Below are positions 1 through 11,888 of a stretch of 64,000 bases of DNA, in pieces. The stretch's first letter is position 1. The number at the start of each line of letters is the position of its first letter. The stretch is from Octopus sinensis (taxonomy: Eukaryota): contig NC_043009.1 in the NCBI RefSeq assembly GCF_006345805.1, forward strand, positions 43,400,001 through 43,464,000, written 5' to 3'. A program made the translations under genes and the position numbers. The notes beneath the pieces were generated by a model that was given only the letters and a program-made list of their open reading frames with translations, did not search any database and was not told the origin of the DNA.

Positions 1-256
1 AGGGGTGCATATGAGTATTTATCAATATCATTTAATTCTTTTAATTATTATTCTTGCATTTATCCATTATTGTTATTGCCATTATTACTGTTAGCATTTT
101 CTCCAGGAATTTTAACATTTAGTCCTACTTTCATTACTGTTATAATTATTTGTATTATTTTCACTGGTTTGAGATTGCAAATCCTTCCTCCATCTCATAC
201 CTGTATTTTCAGCATATATATATATATATATAGGTCATGGAAACCCTCATTTACTA

Positions 257-308
257 GTCTTCTCTGAAGAGACAAGAGTTGAAACGCATGGCTATGTTGT
301 AAGATGAC
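257..308 (+). ncRNA. Type I hammerhead ribozyme motif, canonical core (Penelope-like/retrozyme context)
   Basis: GTCTTCT(257-263) CTGAAGA(264-270) GAC-AAGA-GTT GAAA(281-284) C-GCAT-ggct-ATGT-t-GT A(301) AGATGAC(302-308). Helix I pairs 6/7 and the cleavage triplet is GUA. It follows a (TA)n run. Confidence 0.7.
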
Positions 309-543
309 AATAAGCACCATTTTCTCTGTCAGTGTTTTTGATATTGCATTCTATATAATTGTGAATTACTACAACAACCTAATAGCAATATACACAGACT
401 TATGAGTATGCATGCGTATGAGTGTGTGTGTGTGTGTGTGTGTATCAGTGTGTGTGTGTGTGTGTGTGTGACTACATCATTTTATGTATTTTTGTTATAA
501 AAGAAAATATTTTTGTGTGATTATTTTCAAGTCAATTAAAAGT

Positions 544-630
544 TTGTCAAAGGTCAGAGTTTGCAAATGTTTTATTGGGTCAAAGGTTAGAGTTTGTGGG
601 AGTTTTACTGGGGTAAAGGTGAGTCTGTGG
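544..630 (+). repeat. Three ~33-bp tandem units, each with a DR1-like nuclear-receptor element
   Basis: TTGTCA-A-AGGTCA at 544, GGGTCA-A-AGGTTA at 577, GGGGTA-A-AGGTGA at 610; exact 33-bp period. Confidence 0.5.
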
Positions 631-943
631 AACTTTTCCAATTCACAATTCATAGTTCAAATCATCTTTGAGTAAACCTGATAGCATTCATTAAACTGTC
701 TAATTCCTCACTATTTTGTCTCTCTCTTTCTTTCTCTCTCTCTCACTCTCTCTCTCTCCCTCTGCCCTTCACTTGCTCTTTTTCTTCTTTTGTCTTACTC
801 TCTCTTTCTCTACGAGTATGTGCACACATGCATAAATGCATCTGTCTATCTCATCTGTTCCTGCTCTTTCTCTTCATACACACACACATATATATTTACA
901 TATAAACACATATGTAAATACATACTCATACTTATATACTTAC

Positions 944-979
<36 letters not shown>

Positions 980-1067
980 TCCAGTTGGTGCTATTAAATT
1001 AGACATGGCCTGGGCCAACTTCACCCAAAACTTATCTAAGTAATCTAAGTAAGATATATATATATAT

Positions 1068-1364
1068 AACAATTGCTGCGTGGAAAGTGTTTATAAGCCA
1101 TTTAAGAAACACACAAAACCGTTAGATTCACTTCAAAATTTAAGTTTAATTTGTCTAAATATTTTCGTCGCTTTGAGACCGCGACCTGTTCCCTGACAAG
1201 ATGCAGCACGATGTTTTGTCAATGAACAGGTCGCGGTTTTGTGTGAATCTAACGGTTTTGTGTGTTTCTTAAATAGCTTATAAACACCTTCCACGCTGCA
1301 ATTGTTTTTGTTCCAACACACGATCTCAGATCAAGTCACTCGCTATGCAAGTACATCTCCGTAA
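1068..1364. mobile_element. Fold-back (palindromic) Penelope-like/retrozyme-like element, family FB1, decayed copy
   Basis: Inverted arms 1068-1199 and about 1213-1306 (right arm has a ~40-nt deletion), plus a ~58-nt unique tail; (TA)n on both sides. Same start, centre and tail as 24263-24595. Confidence 0.8.
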
Positions 1365-1373
1365 TATATATAT

Positions 1374-1680
1374 ATCACGTAATCACATGACCGACCAGAC
1401 TATCAGATGTTGTTGCACATCGCTGGTCACAATGCGTTTGCATTGTTTTAGCCTTTGAATGACACCACCCTGCTGGCTAAGTGAGCAGGCCAACAGAAGA
1501 AAGATTGGGAGAAAGAGTAGTGAAAGAGTACAGCAGGGATCACCAGCCCCTGCCGGAGCGTCGTGGTGGTTTTAGATGTTTTCGCTCAATAAACACTCAC
1601 AACGCCCAGTCTGGGAATCGAAACCGCGATCCTACGACCGCGAATCCGCTGCCATAACCACTGGACCATTGCGCCTCCAC
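1374..1680 (-). mobile_element. tRNA-derived SINE (OR1/OR2-like octopus type, inferred)
   Basis: Minus strand reads GTGGAGGCGCAATGGTCCAGTGGTTA...GGTTTCGATTCCC (A/B boxes) then GAGCGAAAACA...CTCCGGCAG; head and core are shared with 14182-14490. Confidence 0.8.
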
Positions 1681-2019
1681 ATATATATATATATATACTT
1701 TATTTAAAAGCAGCAGAAATATAACAAAAGTTGTTACTCAGAGTTTCATGTTCCTGTTTGTCGGACAGTTTAAAACAGAACAGAAAATAGAACGATTTGA
1801 TCAAAACTAGTTAAAGGATACACTTTTGAAAAGGGATTTGTTTCATTGGTCCTTTCAATTAACATATATATGTGTATTTATGCTAATATACACTTTTTGT
1901 ATACACATGTATGCGTAATTTTATATTGTGTACATTCATTACACATATTCAGCCACCTATCTTTCTTTCTTTCTTTTCCTTTCCTTATGGAAAGTACTTT
2001 TTCTCCTGTCATGTATATT

Positions 2020-2441
2020 TACTCTTTACTCTTTACTCTTTTACTTGTTTCAGTCATTTGACTGCGGCCATGCTGGAGCACCACCTTTAGTCGAGCAAAT
2101 CAACCCTGGGACTTATTCTTTGTAAGCCCAGTACTTATTCTATCGGTCTCTTTTTGCCGAACCACTAAGTGACGGGGACGTAAACACACCAGCATCGGTT
2201 GTCAAGCGATGGTGGGGGGACAAACACAGACACACAAACATATACACACACATACATACATATATATATATATACATACATACGACAGGCTTCTTTCAGT
2301 TTCTGTCTACCCAATCCACTCACAAGGCATTGGTCGGCCCGAGGCTATAGCAGAAGACAATTGCCCAAGATGCCATGCACTGGGACTGAACTCGGAACCA
2401 TGTGGTTGGTAAGCAAGCTACTTACCACACAGTCACTCCTA
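2020..2441 (-). mobile_element. SINE family B (tRNA head, CORE-like segment, internal (TA/TG)n), full length
   Basis: Head GAGTGACTGTGTGGTAAGTAGCTTGC...GAGTTCAGTCCC, a CTTGGGCAA core, and tail GACTGAAACAAGTAAAAGAGTAAAGAGTAA. More than 15 copies in the window. Confidence 0.9.
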
Positions 2442-3195
2442 TGTGTATATTTTATTATAAATATAAAATAACACCGCAGAGGAATCGATGTAAGCTTAAA
2501 TAACAAACTGCGATAGCTGAACCACGAAAGGTGAACTGCGATAGATGGACTTCAAAAGGTGAATCGCGATAGGTGAACCATGATATGGCAAGGAATTACT
2601 GTATTTCATTGTTGTCATTACCCTCATCATCAAAATCGTTTGCTTATGTTCAGTCTCATTGTCTATGCCATAATGTATAAGACACTCCAACAGGATCCAT
2701 CCCGTGGGTTGGAAAATCACATCTTGTTCCAGTGTCTCAGTTTTTACAGATTTCTACAGCCGGTTGCTCTTTCAATTACCAATCACTTTACAGACTGTAC
2801 TGGATACACTTCGTTTAAGGCATCACCAGCACAATAGAGGCTGCCTTGCCATCAGCAAGACTTCAAGAAATTTCTGCTGTCACTGCTCCAATTAATTACT
2901 AACCACTCCCAGAGTGTACTGGGTGCTTTCTGTGGCATCAGCACTGAGAAGGCATTAGAGAAAGAGTGTGATAGGGCAGTGTGGAGGGTTCAATAGGAGT
3001 AAATGCTGTTCTCCCCCACATTATATATGGGTGGGTGGTGTTGCATGTGAAGGAAAGAGAATATGGAAGGATGTAATAGGAGGAAAAAGTGGTTTCAGGT
3101 GATTAGTGAATGAGATTTACAGACGGATTAACAGGATGATGGAGGGTTGAGCAGAAAATGAAGTGCTACCTCTTAATACATTGTTTGGGTCAGTA

Positions 3196-3606
3196 AGTGT
3201 TATTTCCTATTTACTTCTAGAAATCAAAGGAAATGACTACTATTCCCTTCAAACTTTGCTTGTGTGGCCTAGGCATCCATGTCTTGAAACTGACATATTT
3301 TCCATTACATTTCAGATAGATCCAGCACTAAGTTGCTGAAGCAGAAATATCATTACAGTAAATATTCTGCTCAATACCACAGATTTGCTAGGCAGTTGTT
3401 TGACCTTAACCATTTGAGCATGTCCCTCAGTGGTTAACTATATGTGCATCTTTGATCATGAGCAGGTGTAGTTGGGGAGCATCGTAACCACATGTTGAAA
3501 GGAGGGATTCTTTGGGATTTGAATAAATGTAACAAAAGCAAAGTTTGAAGGAAATATTGACCATTTTTCATGCATTGTTAGAGGTAAGTAAATAGGAAAT
3601 AACAGT
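3196..3606. mobile_element. MITE-like element with ~70-bp terminal inverted repeats
   Basis: GTGTTATTTCCTATTTACTT...CTTCAAACTTTGCTT at the left versus AAGCAAAGTTTGAAG...GTAAATAGGAAATAACAG at the right. Confidence 0.65.
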
Positions 3607-3785
3607 TGCTACCCAAGGACAAAAATCTTGTTACACAGCATTACATAAGGGTGGGAAGAATGATGCATGGAAAAGTGATAAGATAATGATGAGGGACCAA
3701 GGCATTTTCTCAAGGTATCATGTCCACACTTGTGCCAATACACACACACACCACACACACACACATACACACACATACATATATT

Positions 3786-3817
<32 letters not shown>

Positions 3818-3859
3818 AAGAGCCCAGTACACTTTGTAAAAGGGTTAGCATTAGGAAAA

Positions 3860-4050
3860 GCATCTAACTGCATAAACCATGCCAGAAAAGACTATGGAAC
3901 TTGGTACGGGCCCTGGCCTTGTCAATTCCTGTCAAGCTGTCCAACCCATGCCAACATGGAAAATAGACATCTAATGTTGAGGATGATTGATGATGATGAT
4001 GATGATGATGACGATGACGACGACGACGACGATGATGATGATGATGGTGA
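3860..4050 (+). mobile_element. RTE-LINE 3' end with (GAT)n tail
   Basis: TCCAACCCATGCCAACATGGAAAATAGACAT...GATGATGAT matches the 3' UTR attached to RTE ORF ends at 34150-35480 and 63020-63448. Confidence 0.7.
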
Positions 4051-4081
<31 letters not shown>

Positions 4082-4755
4082 GTGTGTGTGTGTGTGCATG
4101 TGATCTTTTTGTTGTTTGGCACCATGTTATGTCATATTTCTCGCTCACCCTGGTTTCCTATGCTGTCACAACCACAACCATAGCATGTATGTGTGAATGT
4201 ATGTGTAAATATGAGCGTGTATGTGGTTGATGCTAATATTTTGCAACTCGTGTCCACCCTGTAGTTTCTGGTGTATCAACCAATGCCTTAATAAAAAAAG
4301 TATCTGGCACTAATAAAAGATTACTTTACCATTTCTCTATACTGGTACCATCATCATCATCATCAACAACAACAACAACAACAACAACAAGACTAGTAAA
4401 AGACGGTAGTGACTCAACACTGAAACACAAAGCACTTTTGAGATTATCCAGCTTTATGTTGGCACCCAACCATTCCTTCAACCCCACCAAAAATACACCA
4501 CCCACCAAGATCCTCCTATTCTTATCACCACCACCACTACCACCGCCACCACCAGACTTGAATTACACCCAACCACTGCTACCGCCAACAATGTCACTGC
4601 AGCTCACACTGCCACTGCTACCATTACTAGTCAAAATAACGGTGACAAAAAGTTTTGTAATTGTGCTCACTTCGGCACATATATATCCATATACACATGC
4701 ACACGTGCATCTATGTATGTAGTGTATGTGCATTTATTTATGTATAGATTTATGC

Positions 4756-4799
<44 letters not shown>

Positions 4800-4958
4800 C
4801 TGTATGTATGTATGTATCTATCTATCTATCTACCACTCTTTCTCTCTTCCTCTCTCCCCCTCGCTTTCTCTGTACATAACATAGAATGTAATATATGTAT
4901 GTTATGTATAATATATATATATAATATATATATAAATACATATACATATATATATTAC

Positions 4959-4998
<40 letters not shown>

Positions 4999-5027
4999 CA
5001 TACATATACATATATATATTACATATG

Positions 5028-5060
<33 letters not shown>

Positions 5061-5402
5061 GCCAATCACATAAAAGCAGTGTACAGACAAAAGGTGACAT
5101 CCCCTCCCACACCCATCATCCCTATCCCGAACCACCACCCCTTCCCCCAGCAGCTGCTGCACTAGTACAGGAACTGTGATATCGGTTAGTCACACTTAAA
5201 AAACAATTGAATCATTCTACCTGGTAAATTCCACTTTCTTTTAATGATACAATCGCATGTATACGGGGAGGGTGGTAGTATGTGGTGGTGGCGGTATGAA
5301 GGAGGTGTTAAGGTGTTTAGACTAGTGGGAAAGGGGGAATAGTAACGTAACAGATTTTCTCATTATTATTATTATTATCATTATTATTATTATTATTATT
5401 AT

Positions 5403-5463
<61 letters not shown>

Positions 5464-5464
<1 letters not shown>

Positions 5465-5682
5465 AGGAGGTGAGCTGGTAGAATCGTTAGCACTCCGACT
5501 GAAATGCTTAGCGGTATTTCGTCTGCCGCTATATTCTGAGTTCAAATTCCGCTGAGGTCAACTTTGCCTTTCATCTTTTCGGGGTCGATTAGATAAGTAC
5601 CAGTTACACACTAAGGGTCAATGTAATCAACTTAATCCCTTTGCCCAAATTTAGAGGCCTTGTGCTTCCTGTAGAAAGGATT
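5464..5682 (+). mobile_element. SINE family A (tRNA head, Meta-domain-like core)
   Basis: GAGCTGGTAGAATCGTTAG (A box), GAGTTCAAATTCC (B box), GCCTTTCATCTTTTCGGGGTCGAT...AGTACCAG core, (TTA)n tail. Confidence 0.85.
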
Positions 5683-5705
5683 ATTACTATTATTATTATT
5701 ATTAT

Positions 5706-6015
5706 TGAGTGAGAGAGCAGTGCATGCCATCAAAATGACACTGGGGTAAAATATACGAAGCCCAGTATACCCATCATGACTACCCATCTGATAAGGGTAC
5801 ACCAGGCACATGCATCACAACCATATGTGCACAACATGGTGATCCCATATCAAGATAAACAGCACATGACCTTGCAGGTGGGGGCCCAGTTAGAATTTTC
5901 TTCAGGTTGAGTAGCCCATCCCGCTCAAAAGGTCCCTGAATAAGGGTTGTTTAAGGATGTTGAAAGAACCACCCATGCTTCCATAGGTGAATTATTCAAA
6001 CCCCACAGAATCCCT

Positions 6016-6018
<3 letters not shown>
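5706..6018 (-). mobile_element. (TAA)n-tailed retroelement 3' end inserted in a TAA microsatellite
   Basis: Minus strand ends ...GCACTGCTCTCTCACTC-AATAATAAT, with TTA repeats on both flanks. A shorter copy lies at 28841-28931 (+), and an overlapping upstream part ends at about 3527. Confidence 0.7.
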
Positions 6019-6055
<37 letters not shown>

Positions 6056-6063
6056 GTAGTAGA

Positions 6064-6116
<53 letters not shown>

Positions 6117-6328
6117 AAGACGAACAGTGCAATTCGATTGTAAGATATTTTATTGAACGATATTTCAAAAGTATGTCTGTCTTTGTCAAGTTCAAAATAA
6201 GAAGTGATATCACTTTGAACTTGACAAAAACAGACTTACTGTTGAAATATTGTTCAATAAAATATCTTACAATCAAATCGCACTCTTCGTCTTGACTGTT
6301 TACCTTTGTGAAGAGTTACATCAATCCT
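6117..6328. mobile_element. Fold-back element FB2 with twin variant hammerhead motifs (U3:A8 core)
   Basis: ~80-bp inverted arms 6117-6196 and 6214-6293 plus a short tail. Each arm reads TTGAAC-TTGACAA-A-[stem II]-GAA-ATAT-Y-GTTCAA. Confidence 0.75.
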
Positions 6329-6337
6329 TTTTTAAAA

Positions 6338-6472
<135 letters not shown>

Positions 6473-6479
6473 TATTACT

Positions 6480-6885
6480 AAGGTGGGGAGCTGGCAGAAT
6501 CGTTAGCACGCTGGACAAAATGCTTATCAGTATTTTGCCCGGCGCTACATTCTGAGTTCAAATTCCGCCACGGTTGACTTTGCCATTCATCCTTTCAGGG
6601 TCGATAAAATAAGTACCAGTCAAACATTAGGGTCAATGTAATTGACAAATCCTCACCTCCCCGCAAGCTGTCCTTGTAGTAAAAATTTGAAATAACAATT
6701 ACTATTATTACTAAGGCAGCGAGCTGGCGGAATCGTTAATACACTGGACAAAATGTTTAGTGGTATTTCACCCATCACTATATAACGAAATCAAGTTCTG
6801 CCAAGGTCAACCAACTGGGGTTGACATAATTGACTAGACCCTCTCCCCCAAAATTTCAGGCCTTCAGCCTTCAGTTGAAAGGATT
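6480..6885 (+). mobile_element. Two tandem SINE family A copies (second internally deleted)
   Basis: GAGCTGGCAGAATCGTTAG heads at about 6488 and 6721, Meta-like core, TTA tails. Confidence 0.8.
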
Positions 6886-6924
6886 ATTATTATTATTGTT
6901 TTTATTCTTCTTTGGTCACTAAAC

Positions 6925-7530
6925 TCTGCTTGCGAAGACCTGTTGAGGCAAGTGAAATCAAAATCAAAATCAAATTCGATGACTGGCATTCGTGCTAGCG
7001 GGATGCAAAGAGCACCGTACGAATGTGATCGTTGACAGAGCGGCTAACCAGCTTCCGTGCCGGTGGCACATAAAAGGGCACCATTCGAGTGTGATCGTTA
7101 CCAGCGTTGCCTTACTGGCACTTGTGCCTGTGCTAGTAGGGTGCCAAGAGCACCATCCGAGCATGATCGTTGCCAGAGTAGCCAACTGGCTTCCGTGCCT
7201 GTGGCACGTAAAAGGGCATCATTCGAGCGTGATCGTTACCAACATCGCCTTACTGGCACCTGTGCCGGTAGCATGTGTAAAAAGATTCGAGCAAGGTCAT
7301 TGCCAGTACCATCTGACTGGCCCCTGTACCGGTGGCACATAAAAAGCACTCACTACACTCTCGGAGTGGTTGGCATTAGGAAGGGCATCCAGCTGTAGAA
7401 ACACTGCCAAATCAAGATTGAAGTCTGGTGCTGCCACCTGGTTCGCCAGCCCTCAGTCAAAATCGTCCAACCCATGCTAGCATGGAAAGCGGACGTTAAA
7501 CGGTGATGATGATGATGATGATGATGATGA
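6925..7530 (+). mobile_element. RTE-LINE 3' end/UTR with internal tandem repeats and (GAT)n tail
   Basis: Begins GCTTGCGAAGACCTG (ORF-end LEKT-like), has repeated GAGCGTGATCGTT...GGCAC units and GGAAGGGCATCCAGCTGTAG, ends GGACGTTAAACGGTGATGATG. Confidence 0.8.
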
Positions 7531-7611
7531 TTATTATTATTTTTATTATTATTATTATTATTATTCATTAGTGCTATTTTCTGAGATATATATACATGTA
7601 TGTCCTGATTA

Positions 7612-7655
<44 letters not shown>

Positions 7656-7767
7656 GTTATTATTATTATTATTATCATCATCATCATCATCATTATTATT
7701 CTTATCATTATTATTACTATTATTATTATTATTATTATTATTATATTATTATTATTATTATTATTAT

Positions 7768-7980
7768 TACTCTTTTACACTTTTACTTGTTTCAGTCATT
7801 TGACTGTGACCATGCTGGAGCAAGCAAACCGACCCCAGGACTTATTCTTTGTAAGCCTAGTACTTATTCTATCGGTCTCTTTTGCCGAACTGCAAAGTTA
7901 TGGGGACGTAAACACACCAGCATCGGTTGTCAAGCGATGTTGGTGGGGACAAACACAGACACACAAACATATACGCACAC

Positions 7981-8011
<31 letters not shown>

Positions 8012-8176
8012 CATATATACGATGGGCTTCTTTCAGTTTCCGTCTGCCAAATCCACTCACAAGGCTTTTGGTCGGCCCGAGGCTATAGTTGAAGACACTT
8101 GCCCAAGGTGCCACGCAGTGGGAGTGAACCCGGAACCATGTGGTTCATAAGCAAGCTACTTACCACACAGCCACTC
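7768..8176 (-). mobile_element. SINE family B
   Basis: Near-identical to 2020-2441. Confidence 0.9.
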
Positions 8177-8177
8177 G

Positions 8178-8425
8178 ACTCTTTGCAGCCACTTCATGTG
8201 GAATATTTTTTTTTAAGCATGTGAACTGGAAGATGTCCATTGTATTTTCTTCCATTTTTGCCAGCTTCCAGTTTTCACATCCATAGAGTTATACTGGTCA
8301 GACCCACATCTTGAACAACAGCTTCAGCTTCGTTTTGCACCCTGTACCTTTGTTTCTTCATACCTTTGTTAGATTGTAGAACAAGCTTTGGATATTCTGT
8401 TCTTTACATCATCAGTTCCCTCTGA
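8178..8425 (-). pseudogene. Degraded RTE/BovB-like LINE ORF fragment
   Basis: Minus-strand translation with stops: ...TKLKLLFKMWV*PV*LYGCENWKLAKMEENTMDIFQFTCLKK..., resembling the RTE C-terminal TKLRLF...LYGCETW...FQxxCLRRI motif. Confidence 0.6.
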
Positions 8426-9049
8426 TAAGGTCCTACTTCATTCTTAAGGTGCTGTTGTTGTTGTTGTTAAGCAACAAGACGAGTAAAGGTGATTATGTGA
8501 TGGTCTAGGACTGAGGGGTGGGAGACCCCAGTCCTTGGAAAAAAAAACCCCAAAAGACTTTGGTCTTCTTGTTGTAGTCGAGGGCTCTTTGCTGATGCTC
8601 AACACCACTGGGAGGTGGCCCTCGAAGTCACTGGAAATGGAGATCTCCAGGTCCAAATTCTTGAATGGCTTCTTAAGGTGCTGGGAACATAAGAAGGAAG
8701 GAGGACCTCATTAACCATTTCCACAGAAGTCATGGACTAAATGGGTACGAAAGCAGTGTTGCATTGCTGTGTGAAGACACAAAAGGTATAGAGAGGCCTA
8801 CATAAACCCAGATAAAGGTATACCTGAAGCGTTCATGGACCACAGTACAGTTTGTCAGTTACACAAGGCAATATAGGACAGGTGAGGTGAGATTCATCAC
8901 AGAAACCTACTCCTAGAGAGACTCCATTGTTCTGTTGCCAAGAGTTTTGTACCAAAACATTTGTTTAGCAGTGCTTTGGCACAATACTCTAGGCACTAGA
9001 ATAACTCTTGCCGTATTCTCAGCTAATAAAAGAATATATGTGTGCATGA

Positions 9050-9093
<44 letters not shown>

Positions 9094-9098
9094 ATGTG

Positions 9099-9131
<33 letters not shown>

Positions 9132-9338
9132 TATGCTTTGCATTTGGAAACACTAAAATACTGTAGTGTAAATAAAAGATTATATATATTCTGCTTTACG
9201 TATTAAATCATTTTTCTTTCAATATATGTGTGCGTGTGGGTCTCTGTGTGTGTGTATGTATATATATATAGACACACATACACAGTATATGCATATATAT
9301 ATATAGAGAGAGAGAGAGACACACATACAGTGTATATG

Positions 9339-9370
<32 letters not shown>

Positions 9371-9382
9371 CATATATACATT

Positions 9383-9428
<46 letters not shown>

Positions 9429-9781
9429 CAAATATTTATATATGTATGTATACATATATGTATGAGTGTGTGAGTGTGTGCGTATGATAGACAAACAGAG
9501 AAACACATGCCTGTAATATCCTTTAGAATTCCTAGCTTATTGAAAAGTGTTCAATTGTCTCGGCCTGTACGGCTTTGTTTGTTCACACAATTCTTGTAAA
9601 TGCGTATTGACAGGCCAAGCCAGTTCTTATCACACAACACATATATATTATATATATATACATATATATATATACATATATATTTCTGTGTGTGTATATG
9701 TTTAAATGTGTGTGTATGTATATAAATGTGTAATGACAGGCCAGTTTAGTTCTTATCATGTATGTACATATATATATTATC

Positions 9782-9842
<61 letters not shown>

Positions 9843-9844
9843 AT

Positions 9845-9916
<72 letters not shown>

Positions 9917-10584
9917 AATACGTATGACAGGCCAGGCCAGTTCTTATCATCAACCATTTAACAAGGTAAACTTTTGGAACAATGCAACCTTATATCAAAT
10001 GGATTACGGGACAAACAAGAAAAGAGGAATTTTTGCTGCTGGTGTCATTATTGGTCATTGCCAATGGTAGTGGCGGTAGGGACAATGGTGACTTGCAGCA
10101 GTGGTGGTGGTGGTTGTGGTAGTGGAGGTGGTAGTGGTTGTGGTGGTGGTTGTGGTGGTGGTGGTGGTGGTGGTGGTGGCAATTTTTTTTGTTTTCTTTT
10201 TTTTCGGGGAGGGGGTGCATGTTCTTGTCTCTATCAGTCTGGAGGTGGGGAGAGTTACTTGTAGAGATTATTGTTGTGGTTGATGTTGTCGTTGCTGTTG
10301 TTGTTGTTGCTGTTGTTGCTGTTATTATTGTTGCTTTATTTAATGTTTCCACAGCAACCTGTTTCTCTTTGGCATAGCACACCCTATCTTTCTTTCTCTA
10401 CTTCTCTCTCTCTCTCTCTTTCTTTCCCTCACTACTTCTTCCCCCCCCCCTCTTTCTCTCTTACCTGAATTCTTTCTACAGCTGACCCGCCTGCTCTTCT
10501 TGTCTATCCCACTGTTTCTCTTTTATTCTCTCTCTCTCTCTCTCTCTCTCTCCCTATCTATCTATCTATCTATCTATCTATATT

Positions 10585-10625
<41 letters not shown>

Positions 10626-10641
10626 GTAAATATATATATAG

Positions 10642-10716
<75 letters not shown>

Positions 10717-11316
10717 CTCTTCCTCTCTCTCCTTTCTCTTTCTCTCTCTTTCTCTCTTTCCCAAACAAAGACAAAATGATTACAATCAACCAACACCCAT
10801 TCCAAAGTACACTACAAATAGCCTAGTAGTGGTGTTGGTGTGGTGGTGGTGGTGGTGGTGGTGTAGCAGTAATTCTTGTAATGACATTGGTAGTTATGGC
10901 GGTGGTTGTGGTTGTGGCGGTGGTAAACACTGGTAGGGTGTAGACTTTGTTGGGAGGTGAGGGGGTGTGGTGCAGAGCTGGTGACTTATTGTTGTCCTAA
11001 TCCATGGAATAAAAGGAAAGAAGAATGGCTGGTGTCAATTTGATAAATTTGTGGAAACACCCCACCCCTAATCGCCCCCCCCCGCTTCATTCTTTTGTTT
11101 AAATCACTTTACACACACACACACCTATATATATATATGTATATATATATAGGAGTATGTGTATATACATTTATATGTATATGTGTATATATATATGTAT
11201 ATATATATGTATATATATATATGTATATATACATACATATATATATACATATATATATATATCATACATATATACATATATATACATACATACATATATA
11301 TATACATATATGTACA

Positions 11317-11353
<37 letters not shown>

Positions 11354-11829
11354 GAATATGTGTATGTATATATGCATATATATATATATATATACACATA
11401 GTATATGTATGTAGATATCTATGTATATATGCATACCTATATGTGTTTGTCTATGTATGTATACATGTGTGTGTGTGTATGTGTGAGTGTCTGAGAAAGA
11501 CAGACAGGCAGATAGACAGACAGACAGAGATGCAGTGAGAATGTGTATGGTAGCAGCGAGCAAGAAGCAGGGAGCGTGGGGTGTAGTGGGGGTAAATAAT
11601 AATAATAATAAAAAAAAACAAAAAGAAGTGGGTGTTGGTATTGTGAATAAGTGAAACAGTAAAGTGTCAGTAAGATTTTTTAGTCTTTAATTACTAGTGA
11701 AGGGGAAAGGTGAAGCCATTGTCAACAAGACATTTTACAAAGGAGATGGCAAGAGTATTACCTGAAACATGGTACTGCCAATAGCTTACTGCTGAACCTG
11801 GGAACTGTTTGACAACTGGGTTAGATGGA

Positions 11830-11835
11830 TATCAA

Positions 11836-11888
<53 letters not shown>

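Noticed and set aside
6980-7350. Regularly spaced repeats resembling a CRISPR array
   Set aside because: The spacers are themselves repeated, the context is eukaryotic, there are no cas genes, and it is an RTE 3' UTR.
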